Assembly: GCA_050613775.1 (NCBI GenBank)
Contig: JBODTK010000111.1
Location: 186,001-250,000 of the forward strand
Length of the DNA stretch: 64,000 nt
Source: Neocallimastix sp. 'constans'
Taxonomy: Eukaryota
Direction of reading: 5' to 3'
In this document: positions 15,137 to 29,636 of the stretch, piece by piece
How the letters are laid out: each line of letters begins with the position of its first letter
Numbering within the stretch: the stretch's first letter is position 1
Position numbers and translations under genes: made by a program
The notes under the pieces: generated by a model
Seen by the model: only the letters and a program-made list of their open reading frames with translations
The model's database searches: none
What the model was told of the DNA's origin: nothing

Positions 15137-17014
15137 ATGAAGTTTAATAACGCTTTTATTATTTCGGCTTTAGTAGCCACTGCAAATGCATATGAACTCT
15201 TAAAAGACTACTCAAAGGGTTTCAGAATTGGTGCAGCTACTAACACAATTCACTACAACAATGCTAACTACGTTAATGCTATGAAGGCATTCAACTATAT
15301 GGTTGCTGAAAATGCTTGTAAATTTGTTAGTATTCAAGGTACTAAAGGTAAATTCAACTTTAATGATTGTGATGCTCACTTAAATAAGGCTAAACAATTA
15401 GGTATGGATTTCAGAGGTCACGCTTTAATTTGGCACAGTATGGCTCCAAAATGGCTTGAAAATGAAGATTCCAATAGTATGAAAAATTCTATTGTTAACC
15501 ATATTACAAATGTCTTAAAACACTACGAAGGAAAAATTGATACATGGGATGTAGTTAATGAAGCTATTGATGATAGTTCTAATGGTAATGGCTGGAAAAT
15601 GCGTAATTCCTTCCTTTACCAAAAGGTTCCAAATTTCATTGATCTTTCTTTCCAAACCGCTCGTAAAGTTTCTCCAAAAACTAAACTTTTCTATAACGAT
15701 TATAATACTGAAGGTATTTGGGGAAAGAGTGAATCGGTTTACCAATTTATTGCTGATTTAAAGAAGCGTAATATTCCTATTGATGGTGTTGGTCTTCAAT
15801 ACCACGTTAGTGTCCAACATCAACCACAATTCAATAAGATTAATGATTTAATTGGACGTTACTGTAAATTAGGTGTTGAAGTTCATATTACTGAATTAGA
15901 TGTCAGTTGTGTTGAATCCTGTTATGCTGGTGATGTTGAAAAGAAACAATCTGATGTCTTTACTAATGCCTTAAAGGCTTGTCTTGGTAATTCATGTTGT
16001 ACTGGATTTCTTGTTTGGGGTATTGGTGATCCAGATAGTTGGTTAGGTAGTGATAAGAAGGGCTTACTTTTCAATAGTAATTACCAACCAAAATCACAAT
16101 ACACGGCTGTATTAAATGTCTTAAAGACTACTACTGCTGCTTCTCTTGGTAAAAATGGAGGTAACACTGGAGGTAATACTGGCAGTAATAATGGTGGAAA
16201 TAACAATAGTAGTACTACTGTTGATATTAGTAAGAGTGCCGTTAAACTTCAAGATGGTTGGTACACCATTAAGAATACTGGCTCTGGAAAGTATCTTCAT
16301 GTTGAAAGTGCTGGTAACAGTGAAAATGTTGTCATTAGTTCAAATGCTTCAAAGTGGAAGCTTACTAATACTAATGATGGTTACATTACCTTAACTAGTA
16401 GTGTTGGAAACTATATGTTAGATGTTGCTGGTGGTGAAGATAAAAATGGAGTTAATCTTCAAATTTACAGTGCTTATAGTGGAGATGCTCAAAAATTCGT
16501 CATATTAAAGACTTCTAATAATAAGGTATACACTATTGGATCCAAGGTTAGTAATGGCGGTAAAGTTATTGATGTTGAAAAAAGAGGTACGACTGATGGA
16601 AGTAATGTTATTCAATACGCTCTTAATGGTGCTTCTAATCAAACTTGGACATTTGAATCAACTAGTGCCCCAAGTACGAATAGCCAAGGTAACCAAAATA
16701 GTCAAAGTAACCAAAGTAGTCAAAGTAAACCAGAAAATCCAAGTCAATCAGCTTCCTGTTGGTCAGCCTCTTTAGGTTATCCATGCTGTAAATCTTGCAG
16801 TGTTTACTATTCTGATAATGATGGAAAGTGGGGTATTGAAAACGACAACTGGTGTGGTATATTAAGTAGTTGTACTGGCAGCAATGCTAGTTGTGTTGGT
16901 GCACAAGGATACCCATGCTGTCAAAATACTTGTACTGTCTACTCCACTGATGCTGATGGTAAATGGGGTATTGAAAATAATGACTGGTGTTTAATTAATA
17001 AATCTAAATGTTAA
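15137..17014 (+). CDS. Secreted cellulosomal endo-1,4-beta-xylanase: signal peptide + GH10 + ricin-type CBM13 + two fungal dockerins
   Basis: True start is probably ATG 15137 ([18 protein letters not shown]). GH10 motifs [15 protein letters not shown] (acid/base), [20 protein letters not shown] (nucleophile). G/N linker, ricin repeats (LDVAGG..NLQIY, IDV..NVIQY..NQTW) and two GYPCC..WGIEN..WC dockerins. No introns. Confidence 0.96.
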   Translation: MKFNNAFIISALVATANAYELLKDYSKGFRIGAATNTIHYNNANYVNAMKAFNYMVAENACKFVSIQGTKGKFNFNDCDAHLNKAKQLGMDFRGHALIWHSMAPKWLENEDSNSMKNSIVNHITNVLKHYEGKIDTWDVVNEAIDDSSNGNGWKMRNSFLYQKVPNFIDLSFQTARKVSPKTKLFYNDYNTEGIWGKSESVYQFIADLKKRNIPIDGVGLQYHVSVQHQPQFNKINDLIGRYCKLGVEVHITELDVSCVESCYAGDVEKKQSDVFTNALKACLGNSCCTGFLVWGIGDPDSWLGSDKKGLLFNSNYQPKSQYTAVLNVLKTTTAASLGKNGGNTGGNTGSNNGGNNNSSTTVDISKSAVKLQDGWYTIKNTGSGKYLHVESAGNSENVVISSNASKWKLTNTNDGYITLTSSVGNYMLDVAGGEDKNGVNLQIYSAYSGDAQKFVILKTSNNKVYTIGSKVSNGGKVIDVEKRGTTDGSNVIQYALNGASNQTWTFESTSAPSTNSQGNQNSQSNQSSQSKPENPSQSASCWSASLGYPCCKSCSVYYSDNDGKWGIENDNWCGILSSCTGSNASCVGAQGYPCCQNTCTVYSTDADGKWGIENNDWCLINKSKC

Positions 17015-17579
17015 ATAATCTATGATACTATTTTATAATAAAACATAAACTTTTTAAAATATAAATAATACATATAAACTTATAACATATATAATATGTA
17101 AATAAAAGTTCCAATTATATTAAGATATTTGTTAATAAAATAAAAATATTTATATATTATATTAATAAATTATTAAAATAAAAAAAAAAATAAATAAAAT
17201 ATATATATATAAAATAATAAATATTAATCTTAAGATCGAGTATTTTATTCTAATATAAGAGTGTTTATTTTTTATTTTATTATTATTATTTTTTTTTATT
17301 AAAGATTTAATATAATATTTTTTTAATAGAAATAAAAAAAATGTTTTAAATTATTGCAAATAGAAAGCAATATATAAAAATAGATATACATGTATAATCT
17401 ATGGAATAAAAAATATATATATATATTTTATAATTTATTTTAACTATAGTAAATTGAAACTTCTTAATAATAGTTTATTTATAGTAATTATGTAAATTTT
17501 TTTTTAAAAATAATATCTTTATATAATAATATGATTTTAGTCCAATAAATATTATATTTTATTTATCATATTAATATTG

Positions 17580-18210
17580 TCTAATATTATATTGTTTAAT
17601 GATGGTAATATCTTCCTGAACCTGTCATATTCTCCTCATTTACAATATATATTATATTAATTACCTCTTGGATTGAATTCATTATTGGTTGCTCTAATTT
17701 CTTTTTTCTTAAACATTAATGCTATCATCATTAGTCTTAACATAAATATCTTCTAATAAAATCAATTATTTACTCTTCAAATCCAACTTTTATTTTTATA
17801 ATATTAATAAATTTATCATTGATAGTAATATAAATTTCAACATGAATACCATAATTTCCACTTTTATAGAGAATTTTACTTCCATCAATATCAGTGAATC
17901 TCTTTTCTGGATTATAATTTTTAGTAACCATAATATCATAATCTATAATATCAACAGATCAACAGTAATAATAACTTTGTAAGATACTAATTGAATTTTT
18001 AGTTCTGAATCAAATTTTAAATTTTTTATCTATCTAATTCCTTCTTTATAATTAATTACCATTAATATTAAAATCTACCTTCCTCATTAAAAAAAAAATA
18101 ATATCAGACCTAGCGAAGAGACCAAAATCTGGTTCTTTATCTTTTCATCAACACAATAATAATTGATAGAATCAATGAGTAAATTTTCATCAATGGTAGA
18201 AATATCCTAA
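17580..18210 (-). pseudogene. Degenerate coding relic of unknown origin, possibly transposon-derived
   Basis: Coding-like composition with broken minus-strand frames (DENLLIDSINYYCVDEKIKNQILVSSLG; YDIMVTKNYNPEKRFTDIDGSKILYKSGNYGIHVEIY). No diagnostic motif. Confidence 0.3.
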
Positions 18211-18606
18211 TTTATCAATTTTAAAAGCATATATACTTTATATTATATATATTAAATTTATTTAATAATTATAAAATTTTCAAAGAATTATCAATATATA
18301 TTTGTATATATAAGTAAAATAATATTTTCAAAATAAATAAATTTTAAATATTATTTTAAAAAGAATAATATTTTAAATTTAAGAATTTGATAAATTGATT
18401 ATTCTATTATAATATAAAAAATATTTTGTTGAAATTATAAAGTTAAATATTAAATAATTAAATTTAATATTAATACAAATAATAAAATATATTAATTTTA
18501 AATTTTTATAATGAAAAGCTTTATTAATTAATTTATTAATTATGGATAAAATAACTAATTTATATTTTAAAATAAATATTACTCAATGAAAAAAAAAAAA
18601 ATTTGC

Positions 18607-21591
<2,985 letters not shown>

Positions 21592-21829
21592 TTTATATTA
21601 ATTCTATGAAAAAAATATAATTTTTCAATATTTTTAATTTTTCTTTTTACTTTTGTATTCTTATTATTTAAATACATATATTTATAATATTTTCTTTTAC
21701 AACTTTAAATTAATTTTTTTTTTTTCATATAAGTAAAGATCTGCTTTTTTAAATAAATAAAAAATGTACATATATATATATTTTATCTTTAAAAGATATT
21801 TTTAATTATTTTAAAATCATATAACTTAA

Positions 21830-22371
21830 CTTTTCAGAAAAAAAAAAAACTATTATTTAAAATTATATTTTAAATTTTAATCAAAAATTTTTAAGCAATA
21901 TTTTCATTTTCATTTTCTTTTTTAAAAAATTTATAATTTATAAAGTTTAAGTTTAATTTTATTTATTTAAGAAAGATAATCTTTTTTTATTTTATTATAA
22001 ATATATAATCCATATATTATCATTTAAATTAAAAAAAAAAAAAAATAAAAAAAAATAAAAAAAAAAATATCAATTACTTAAATAATTTTTTTAAAAATAT
22101 AATGAAAATAATTTTTTTTTTTTTTTTTTTCTTTTTAATGCTTTATTAATTCATTTCATATAAATAATGAAACTTTATATGTTTTTCTTTTGTCATAAAT
22201 ACGAAACATAATGAAAGTTATAATTTTTATATATTTTTATAAAAAACAAATAATTTTTTAAATCGATTTTATATTATTATATATTCTTAATTGTAGCTTG
22301 GAAATTTATAATTTATTTAATTCAGATAATAAAATAATTTTATTTATTTTAAAAACATAAAATTTACATTT

Positions 22372-22419
<48 letters not shown>

Positions 22420-22610
22420 TTTAAAATTATATTTTAAATTTTAATCAAAATTTTTAAAGTAATATTTTCATTTTAATTTTCTTTTTATAAAATTTATAAA
22501 GTTTAATTTTATTTTTTTTTAAGAAAGATATCTTTTCTTATTATATATATGTATTCATTTATATTTTTTAAAAAAAAAAAATATCAATTACTTTAAAAAT
22601 ATTTTTTTTT
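21830..22610. repeat. Diverged direct duplication (~250 bp) upstream of the receptor gene
   Basis: atttaaaattatattttaaattttaatcaaaa..aatattttcatttt..aagaaagata..atatcaattactt at ~21855-22080 and ~22418-22595. Confidence 0.75.
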
Positions 22611-22626
22611 TCATATTTTTAATTAC

Positions 22627-22651
22627 TAGGGGTTAGGGGTTAGGGGTTAGG
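22627..22651 (+). repeat. Interstitial telomere-like tract (TTAGGGG)n, about 3.5 units
   Basis: tagggg ttagggg ttagggg ttagg in otherwise G-poor DNA. Confidence 0.7.
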
Positions 22652-22715
22652 TAATTTTTTTTTTCTTATATTATTATTATATAAAATAAATAATTAATAC
22701 TTTGAGAATTTATAG

Positions 22716-22786
22716 TTACTGTTATAACTATCATTTGTCTGGTGAAGTACCTTCTGCAATTGGAAATTTATTTTATCACAGAACAT
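22716..22786 (+). pseudogene. Orphan leucine-rich-repeat exon relic
   Basis: 71 nt bounded by tag| and |gtaa, encoding ..YNYHLSGEVPSAIGNL.. This matches the 24-aa LxGxIPxxIGNL LRR unit (72 nt) minus one base. Confidence 0.6.
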
Positions 22787-23191
22787 GTAAAAAAAAAAAA
22801 GTGATTGTGGATTTTTATGCAAATATTAAATAAATATATATATAATAAATTCGTAAATTTTATATATTTTCCCAAATTTCATTGAGGTAGTAAGGAAGGA
22901 TTAATTTTAAATTTTATAAAATATATATTAATAGGATAAGTAATTATTATTATTTATTTTCATTTTTATGTATATATATAAGTACAAAAATAAAAAAAAA
23001 AAAAATACTGGAAAAAACAAATTAATACTTATATACATATAAAAATAAAATAAAAATAAGATAATAATTTTTTTTTTTTTTTTATACTATTGATTATAAT
23101 AAATAAATAAATAAATAAACAGGTATCTTGAAACAATTTTAAATATTATTTTTATTTTAAGTATAACTATTTCATTATAAAGTTGTAATTT

Positions 23192-23483
23192 TTATAAATC
23201 AAAAGGAATATCTCCTTCCATGAAAAGTTGGACTTGACCAGTAAGATAAAATCGATCACCTTCTTGACAAATTGTCATTATTCCTCCTTGCTTGGAGGCT
23301 TGTTTTACCGTAAATACTTTTTTACCTAATTTTTTTTTGTCCAAATTGGTGATAAATATAAGTAGGAGCTCTTCCAATCATCTAGGATCTTCTAATACTT
23401 CTAATTTTGAATAAAAATATCGAGAAAAAAAATCAAAACCTATCTTCTTCCCACTTTGCTATTAAAATAAATCCAAATCCATC

Positions 23484-23518
<35 letters not shown>

Positions 23519-24030
23519 ATTAATTTTGCATCCGGTTTAAATTTTTTTTAATTCTTCAAGGTTGGAAACAACCATCACTATATCATCTCCATCATAATAA
23601 ACTTCTTTGGCTAGTTGAGGAGAAGCGTTCATAATGGATTCCTTAAATGGAACGGATTTTACTTTTCCAATAGGAAAATTAATGGTATAGCCTGAAGCCT
23701 CCTTTTTTTTTTTTAGGATTAAATCACCACTTAAAGTATGAAAATCCATTTCTTCCACCCCCTTATCAACAAAATTATGAATAATATAAGAAGTTTCCAG
23801 AGTGGCATGGCCACAAAGGTTAATTTCCCCTCCAGGAATAAATCATTTAAGATTATATTGCCCTAGATTCCTTTTTAACAATAAAAGCTGTTTCTGAATG
23901 ATTATTTTCAATAGCAATTTTTTTCATCAATTTAGATGAGGGCATTTTTTTTTTTTTTTTTTTACAAGGAAGTACTTCCGCAGGGTTTCCTGATAAAAGT
24001 TTCTGGTATTAACACACTAAAAATTTATCC
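23192..24030 (-). pseudogene. PhzF-family (phenazine biosynthesis / DAP-epimerase-like) isomerase pseudogene
   Basis: LSGNPAEVL..LMKKIAIENNHSETAFI..LK*FIPGGEINLCGHATL..FHTLSGDL..YTINFP..FFSRYF..EDP..QASKQGG..GDRFYLTGQVQLFMEG. In-frame TGA where Trp is expected, frameshifts and expanded A-runs. Confidence 0.85.
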
Positions 24031-24069
24031 TTTTTCAATTTTCTTTTATATTAAAAAAAAAAAAATTTT

Positions 24070-24546
24070 TTTGCCTATATTTTAATAATTAATAATTTTT
24101 TAATTTATTTCTAAAAATTAAAATATATTTTTTATTCCTGTTCCTTTTTTTTTTTTTAAAAAAAAAAAAAAAACTTAAAATAATACTTTACAAAATATTA
24201 TTATTTTTGTATATAAACCAAAAAAATAAAAGTTTTACTAATTAATATATATGTCTGTCTGATGTAATATTATTTTTTTTTCCTTTGTGTTAAAAGTATT
24301 AGGGTTAAATAAGTAATTAATAATCATTTAAAACAAATAAACCATTTTATGATAAATGACTACAATTATTAATATTTATGTTTATACTTTTTTATTAATA
24401 TTATTTTTTTATTTTCTTAATAGTAGAATTCACTTTAATTGTATAAATAAATTTTATTTTATTAAATATTAAAAGATAAAAATTTAAATATTCATGAATT
24501 CTACTTTATTATAAAATAAAAAATATTAATACTATTTTACTTTTTT

Positions 24547-24595
<49 letters not shown>

Positions 24596-24639
24596 CTATT
24601 TTTTAATAATTAATAATTTTTTAATTTATTTTTCCTGTT

Positions 24640-24675
<36 letters not shown>

Positions 24676-24812
24676 TAAAATAATACTTTACAAAATATTA
24701 TTATTTTTGTATATAAACCAAATTAGCAAAATATTATTATTTTTGTTTATAAACCAAATTAGCAAAATATTATTATTTTTATATATAAACCAAAAAAATA
24801 AAAAGTTTTACT
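24070..24812. repeat. Direct duplication (~170 bp) with an internal 37-38 bp triplication
   Basis: ttgcctat..ttcctgttcc..aaacttaaaataatactttacaaaatattattatttttgtatataaacca at ~24071-24240 and ~24592-24812. Confidence 0.8.
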
Positions 24813-25252
24813 TTTTTTTTTACGAAAAAGGGTACAATCCATTTTTATTTTATAATTAATATTCCCTATATATATATTTTTTTTTGTTTAAATTACTTTA
24901 GATGGTACATACTTTTTCATCATCATATTCATACAAAAAATATTTTTTCTTCCATCCTTATAACTTTTTTTTCCAATATAATGGTGATAAATACTTTAAA
25001 TTTTCTTTAATTCTTTTTTCTTTTAATTTTTCTTTTTCAACTTAATTTTTTTTTTTTCTTTTTAAATTCAATATATATAGTTATAACGAATATATGCAAC
25101 CGCTCTATATATGTAAATATGAACTTCTATTTAATAAATATAAAATGAATATTAAATTATACACGAATAAATATATTCAAATTGTTTTCACTTTTTTAAC
25201 ATTTTTTTTAATATTTTTTGGAATTAGTAAAGTTATTATGTTATTATTAACT

Positions 25253-25283
<31 letters not shown>

Positions 25284-25617
25284 TTTGTTTGTTTTTTCCT
25301 TCTAGAAAATTTTAATTAATCTATGAATTGTTTTATTTATATGTGGTGCAATTAAATTGAATGATTTTATATGAATAAATTAAAGAATTATAGTGGGGCA
25401 TAGTTCATTAATAAAAACTAAATATTTTCTAATATTGGAGAAGTGTTCTTTAATTATTTGAATAATAGATATTTATTTGTGGATTTTTTATTGAAATGAC
25501 TATCTTTAAATTCTAATTTAGCTAGAATAATATCAATATTTAGAATATAAATGAAAAATTGAAAATTAAATAAAATAATATGTTATTAATTATAAAAAAA
25601 AAAAAAAAAAAAAATTT

Positions 25618-25946
25618 AGACACACATAATGAGTACCCATCTCCCATTATGACTATAACAGAAATAACTGTAAAGTGTGATATACTGGCATACTAGTACA
25701 GCATCGCTCTATCCACATGTCGTTACACATTTCTGCCTGGGGCTGTATTCCCTAACATTCCTATATATATATCTCCATTGACTACGATCATCGGAATAGG
25801 AATCATTCACCCCTCCAAAGGGGTGTAATCATTGGCGTGTGGACATATTATCATCAGTGCCTATGATTAAGCCGTAACCAAGTATCATAGGGGCTGGGTC
25901 CAATATGCTGTCATGGGAAAGCCTTTTTGGATACCGCTGTGGTTAT
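25618..25946. other. GC-richer non-coding island with hairpins (candidate ncRNA or SINE-like element)
   Basis: Sharp compositional contrast with the flanks, no ORF of 60 aa or more, stems cacccct/aggggtg and cctatgat/atcatagg. Confidence 0.45.
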
Positions 25947-26099
25947 ATTTAAATAGAACAACTATATAAATCATTAACTAATTAAATATTCATATCATTG
26001 CCCATTAATAAGCATAAACGATGCCTTATTATTAAAATAAAAAAATTTTAAATGAAAAAATAGATATTTTATTATTATATAAATTAAATAATAATAATG

Positions 26100-26140
<41 letters not shown>

Positions 26141-26192
26141 CAAAATAAAACAAAACAAAATAAACAAATAAACAAACAAACAAACAAACAAA

Positions 26193-26237
<45 letters not shown>

Positions 26238-26573
26238 ATATTATTTTATACTTCTTAATAATGACAATTTGTTTTAATTTTTTATTTAATTTTTTTTTTT
26301 ATTATTATTATTATTCAGTGATAATTAAAATTATTACATAATAATGCTAATACAACATAATTATCATTTCAATGATGAAGACAATAATAATAAATTTATC
26401 TATAGATATACCTATTCAATTTTTTAAAAAAATAACATTATTTATCAACGTTATTTATCTTTTTATTGGTATATTATAGAATTATGACACATATAAAAAA
26501 TATTTTTAATACATCATTAATAATATTTTTTTTTTTTACAATGTTTATGTTGTTGTTATTTAGTTTTGCTTTG

Positions 26574-26608
<35 letters not shown>

Positions 26609-26807
26609 CATCATTATTATATTATTATATTAATTGTAGGATTAATTGATTATTATATTAAATTATAAAAATAAAAATATATATATATATATTTTTACTT
26701 AATTCTTTGGATAATGGAAATATTATTATTATGATAAATAAACATTATATCATTGAGGATGATGATTATAATTAATACTCGAGGTATTATGATGATTATA
26801 ATACTAT

Positions 26808-27971
26808 TTAAGGAATCCATTCTTTGATCTTATTGACAATTTCATTTTTGAAACAAACATGAAGAATGTGATCACCATCTAATTCAACTACTTCACTATG
26901 AGTGGTATTAGTAATGACTTCATGGTGAATGTCAACCCATGGTTTATAAATATTACCATCTGGACTACGAATTTTAACAAAATTTAAAACTGGAACATTT
27001 TCTGGGAATTTTTTATCACACATCTCAACAAGAGTTTTAGGAATATAATTACCTTCTTTAGCAACAGTTTTATTATAGCTCCTTGTTAAAGCTATACGTA
27101 TGACGGTATCGATATCTTCTTTAGTGTAGTTTTTATGGTTAGGATCAATTGTTGGAATTGCTTTTTCTCTTTTGATGGTGTAAAGGAAACGAAGGATACC
27201 TAAGGCCTTAAGGAAATTCATAAGACCACAAAATTTCGTGATCATTTTACAGTCATTTTTTAATTCTGGTAAAGTAATTTGTTTTGGAACAGAAACATCA
27301 ATACCAATAAAACCTAAAACTTCATTTGGGTATTGATTAGCCCATTCTAAACAATAAATACCACCGAAAGAATGAGCCATTAAATAGTAATTTTTAATTC
27401 CAAGCTTACCAATTACTTCATGTAATTCGGAAACAATATTTTCAGGGGTTCTTTCCTTGTCTGTAGTGTCAGAAAAACCATATCCAAGAGCTTCCGGGAT
27501 AACAATTCTATACTTATCTGAGAGGTTATCAGACAAAGATTTGAATTCAATAATTGGAGAAGTCAATGAAAATCCTGGTAAAATTATAATTGTAGTAGTG
27601 TTGTTTTCACCAGCCATACCGTAGTTCATTTGATGACCATCGACTTCCATTTTCTTACAATGAGTTTTTTCATATTCTTCCAATATTTTTTTATCTTTTG
27701 AAATACTAATAGCGTTCCATATGGCTAAAATGATAACAAAAATAATTATAATACCAATAATACCTATAATTATCCAAAAGTTAAAAATTAATACAACAAT
27801 AATAGCTATTAAAATAATAAGACCTATAACAATTCCATATGGGAAACCCTTCTTTTTTGGTTCTTCTTGAACAACATTAGTTTTTTTGGTTTTAGAAACA
27901 GTTGTATCAGAAGAAAAAGAAGTAGAAGTCGAAGATAATGAATCTTTTTTTTTTGATTCAATTGAAGCCAT
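26808..27971 (-). CDS. Membrane-anchored alpha/beta hydrolase (putative esterase/lipase)
   Basis: 387-aa intronless ORF. ~45-aa hydrophobic stretch near the N-terminus, IIILPGF, GYGFSD, nucleophile elbow AHSFG, C-terminal DGDHILH. Confidence 0.9.
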   Translation of the reverse strand: MASIESKKKDSLSSTSTSFSSDTTVSKTKKTNVVQEEPKKKGFPYGIVIGLIILIAIIVVLIFNFWIIIGIIGIIIIFVIILAIWNAISISKDKKILEEYEKTHCKKMEVDGHQMNYGMAGENNTTTIIILPGFSLTSPIIEFKSLSDNLSDKYRIVIPEALGYGFSDTTDKERTPENIVSELHEVIGKLGIKNYYLMAHSFGGIYCLEWANQYPNEVLGFIGIDVSVPKQITLPELKNDCKMITKFCGLMNFLKALGILRFLYTIKREKAIPTIDPNHKNYTKEDIDTVIRIALTRSYNKTVAKEGNYIPKTLVEMCDKKFPENVPVLNFVKIRSPDGNIYKPWVDIHHEVITNTTHSEVVELDGDHILHVCFKNEIVNKIKEWIP

Positions 27972-28369
27972 TTTTAATTACTATTACTTTTTTTTTTTAT
28001 TCCCTGACAATTAAATTTAATTGAATATTTATTTATTTTATTTTATTTTATTTTATTTTTTTTTTTTTTAAATTTTACAATTTTGAATTGAATTATATTC
28101 AATTTAATTTTTAATTTTTTTAATTTTATTCTTTTGATAATACTATATAATATAAAAACTATTTTTTTTAAAAATCTATATATATATATATTTAAAAAAA
28201 CAGTTAGTTTTTATTATTATATATTAATAATAATGATTATTATTAAAAGTTGATTTTTTTAAATTTCAACTTTTTTTTATATATTATTATATTTTTTTGT
28301 TTATGTAAAAACTTTTAAAGAGAAAAGAGTTTTTTTACATAAATAAATATAATTTATAAATAAGCATTA

Positions 28370-28404
<35 letters not shown>

Positions 28405-28716
28405 ATATAAATTTATAAAAATCAAAAATCATAAACTTATTTTATAAAATAAATTTCATTTTAGAATGAACTATTTATAATTATTAATTTAATAGAAAAA
28501 AAATCATTTTAGTACTAATTAAAGTTTATTTATTTATATTAATTATTTAGATATAGGTAATATAAAATGATAAAAAAAATGTTGAACAAAATTAAACTTA
28601 TTTATACTAATTGAGGCTTGAAAATAATTCAATGAAATTATTTTACAATAAATTAAATAATGTATTTTAAATACATAATTTACACATAACAAAATAATAT
28701 TAATTAATATAATTTT
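28370..28716 (-). mobile_element. Inverted copy of the copia LTR plus flank (left arm of an inverted repeat)
   Basis: Its reverse complement matches 3995-4210, and also 28955-29084 joined to 29426-29610. Confidence 0.8.
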
Positions 28717-28724
28717 TTTTACAT

Positions 28725-29577
28725 ATTACTACTGTCTATTGCATCTAAATTTAATTGGACTGTTATGCAACTCGATATTAAAGCTACTTATCTTAATACC
28801 CCACTCGATAAGCAACTGTATGTTATTATTCCTCCCTTAACCAAGGACTTAAATGAACCAAAGATGACCAAATTTACAGACCAAATATTTAATAAAAAGT
28901 ATATTCTCGTCTGAGGAGGAATGTTAGATTATAAGAAGTTAATTAAATATCTTTAAAATTTTATTAATTTATTTGAAATACATTATTTAATTCATTATTA
29001 AAATAATTTCATTGAATTATTTTCAAGCCTCAATTAGTATAAATAAGTTTAATTTTGTTCAACATTTTTTTTATCATTTATATTTATATAGTTATTAAAT
29101 ATTTCCTTAAATAATAATTATTAATAGTTTATTCTAATCACAAGAACAATTAATTAAATAGTTAATTATAACTAAATAACATAAAAATAAAGCATTTCTC
29201 TGAATTAAGAGAATAGCTGTAGTCGTCGTTGTTAAGTAAAAGTTAAGATTAAAAGTTATATTATGTTAAGTTAGTTTGTAATAAAAAGAATAAGAAAGTT
29301 GTTAAATAGTCTTTTTAATTATATGTAGTTTTTATATAAAATTAAATAAATAAATAAATAATAAATTAATAAATTTAATAAATAAATCCCAACAAAAGTA
29401 CATCGAACTTTTGAGTTGTATATCACTATATCTAAATAATTAATATAAATAAATAAACTTTAATTAGTACTAAAACGTTTTATTTTCTATTAAATTAATA
29501 ATTATAAATAGTTCATTCTAAAATGAAATTTATTTTATAAAATAAGTTTATGATTTTTGATTTTTATAAATTTATAT

Positions 29578-29610
<33 letters not shown>
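28725..29610 (+). mobile_element. Internally deleted copia copy: RT fragment fused to pol 3' end, PPT, and an LTR carrying a ~340-bp insertion
   Basis: 28725-28835 matches 2695-2802 (QLDIKATYLN), then jumps to sequence matching 3877 onward. PPT gaggaggaa, LTR starts TGTTAG at 28922, interrupted at ~29085-29425. Confidence 0.85.

Positions 29611-29636
<26 letters not shown>

Noticed and set aside
15515..16775. Short ORFs overlapping the xylanase (likewise 31180-31443, 32088-32282, 39934-40380, 42335-42571)
   Set aside because: Shadow or alternative frames of real coding sequence with no independent motifs.
23846..23848. TGA at a conserved Trp of PhzF as evidence of an alternative genetic code
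   Set aside because: The same gene has frameshifts and other stops, and intact genes here use TGG for Trp.
25779..25810. Loose resemblance of gatcat..ataggaatc to the U3 snoRNA 5' region
   Set aside because: No recognisable boxes B, C or D downstream on that strand; probably chance.
25851..25857. CTGATGA on the minus strand as a hammerhead ribozyme core
   Set aside because: No stem II followed by GAAA at the required position.
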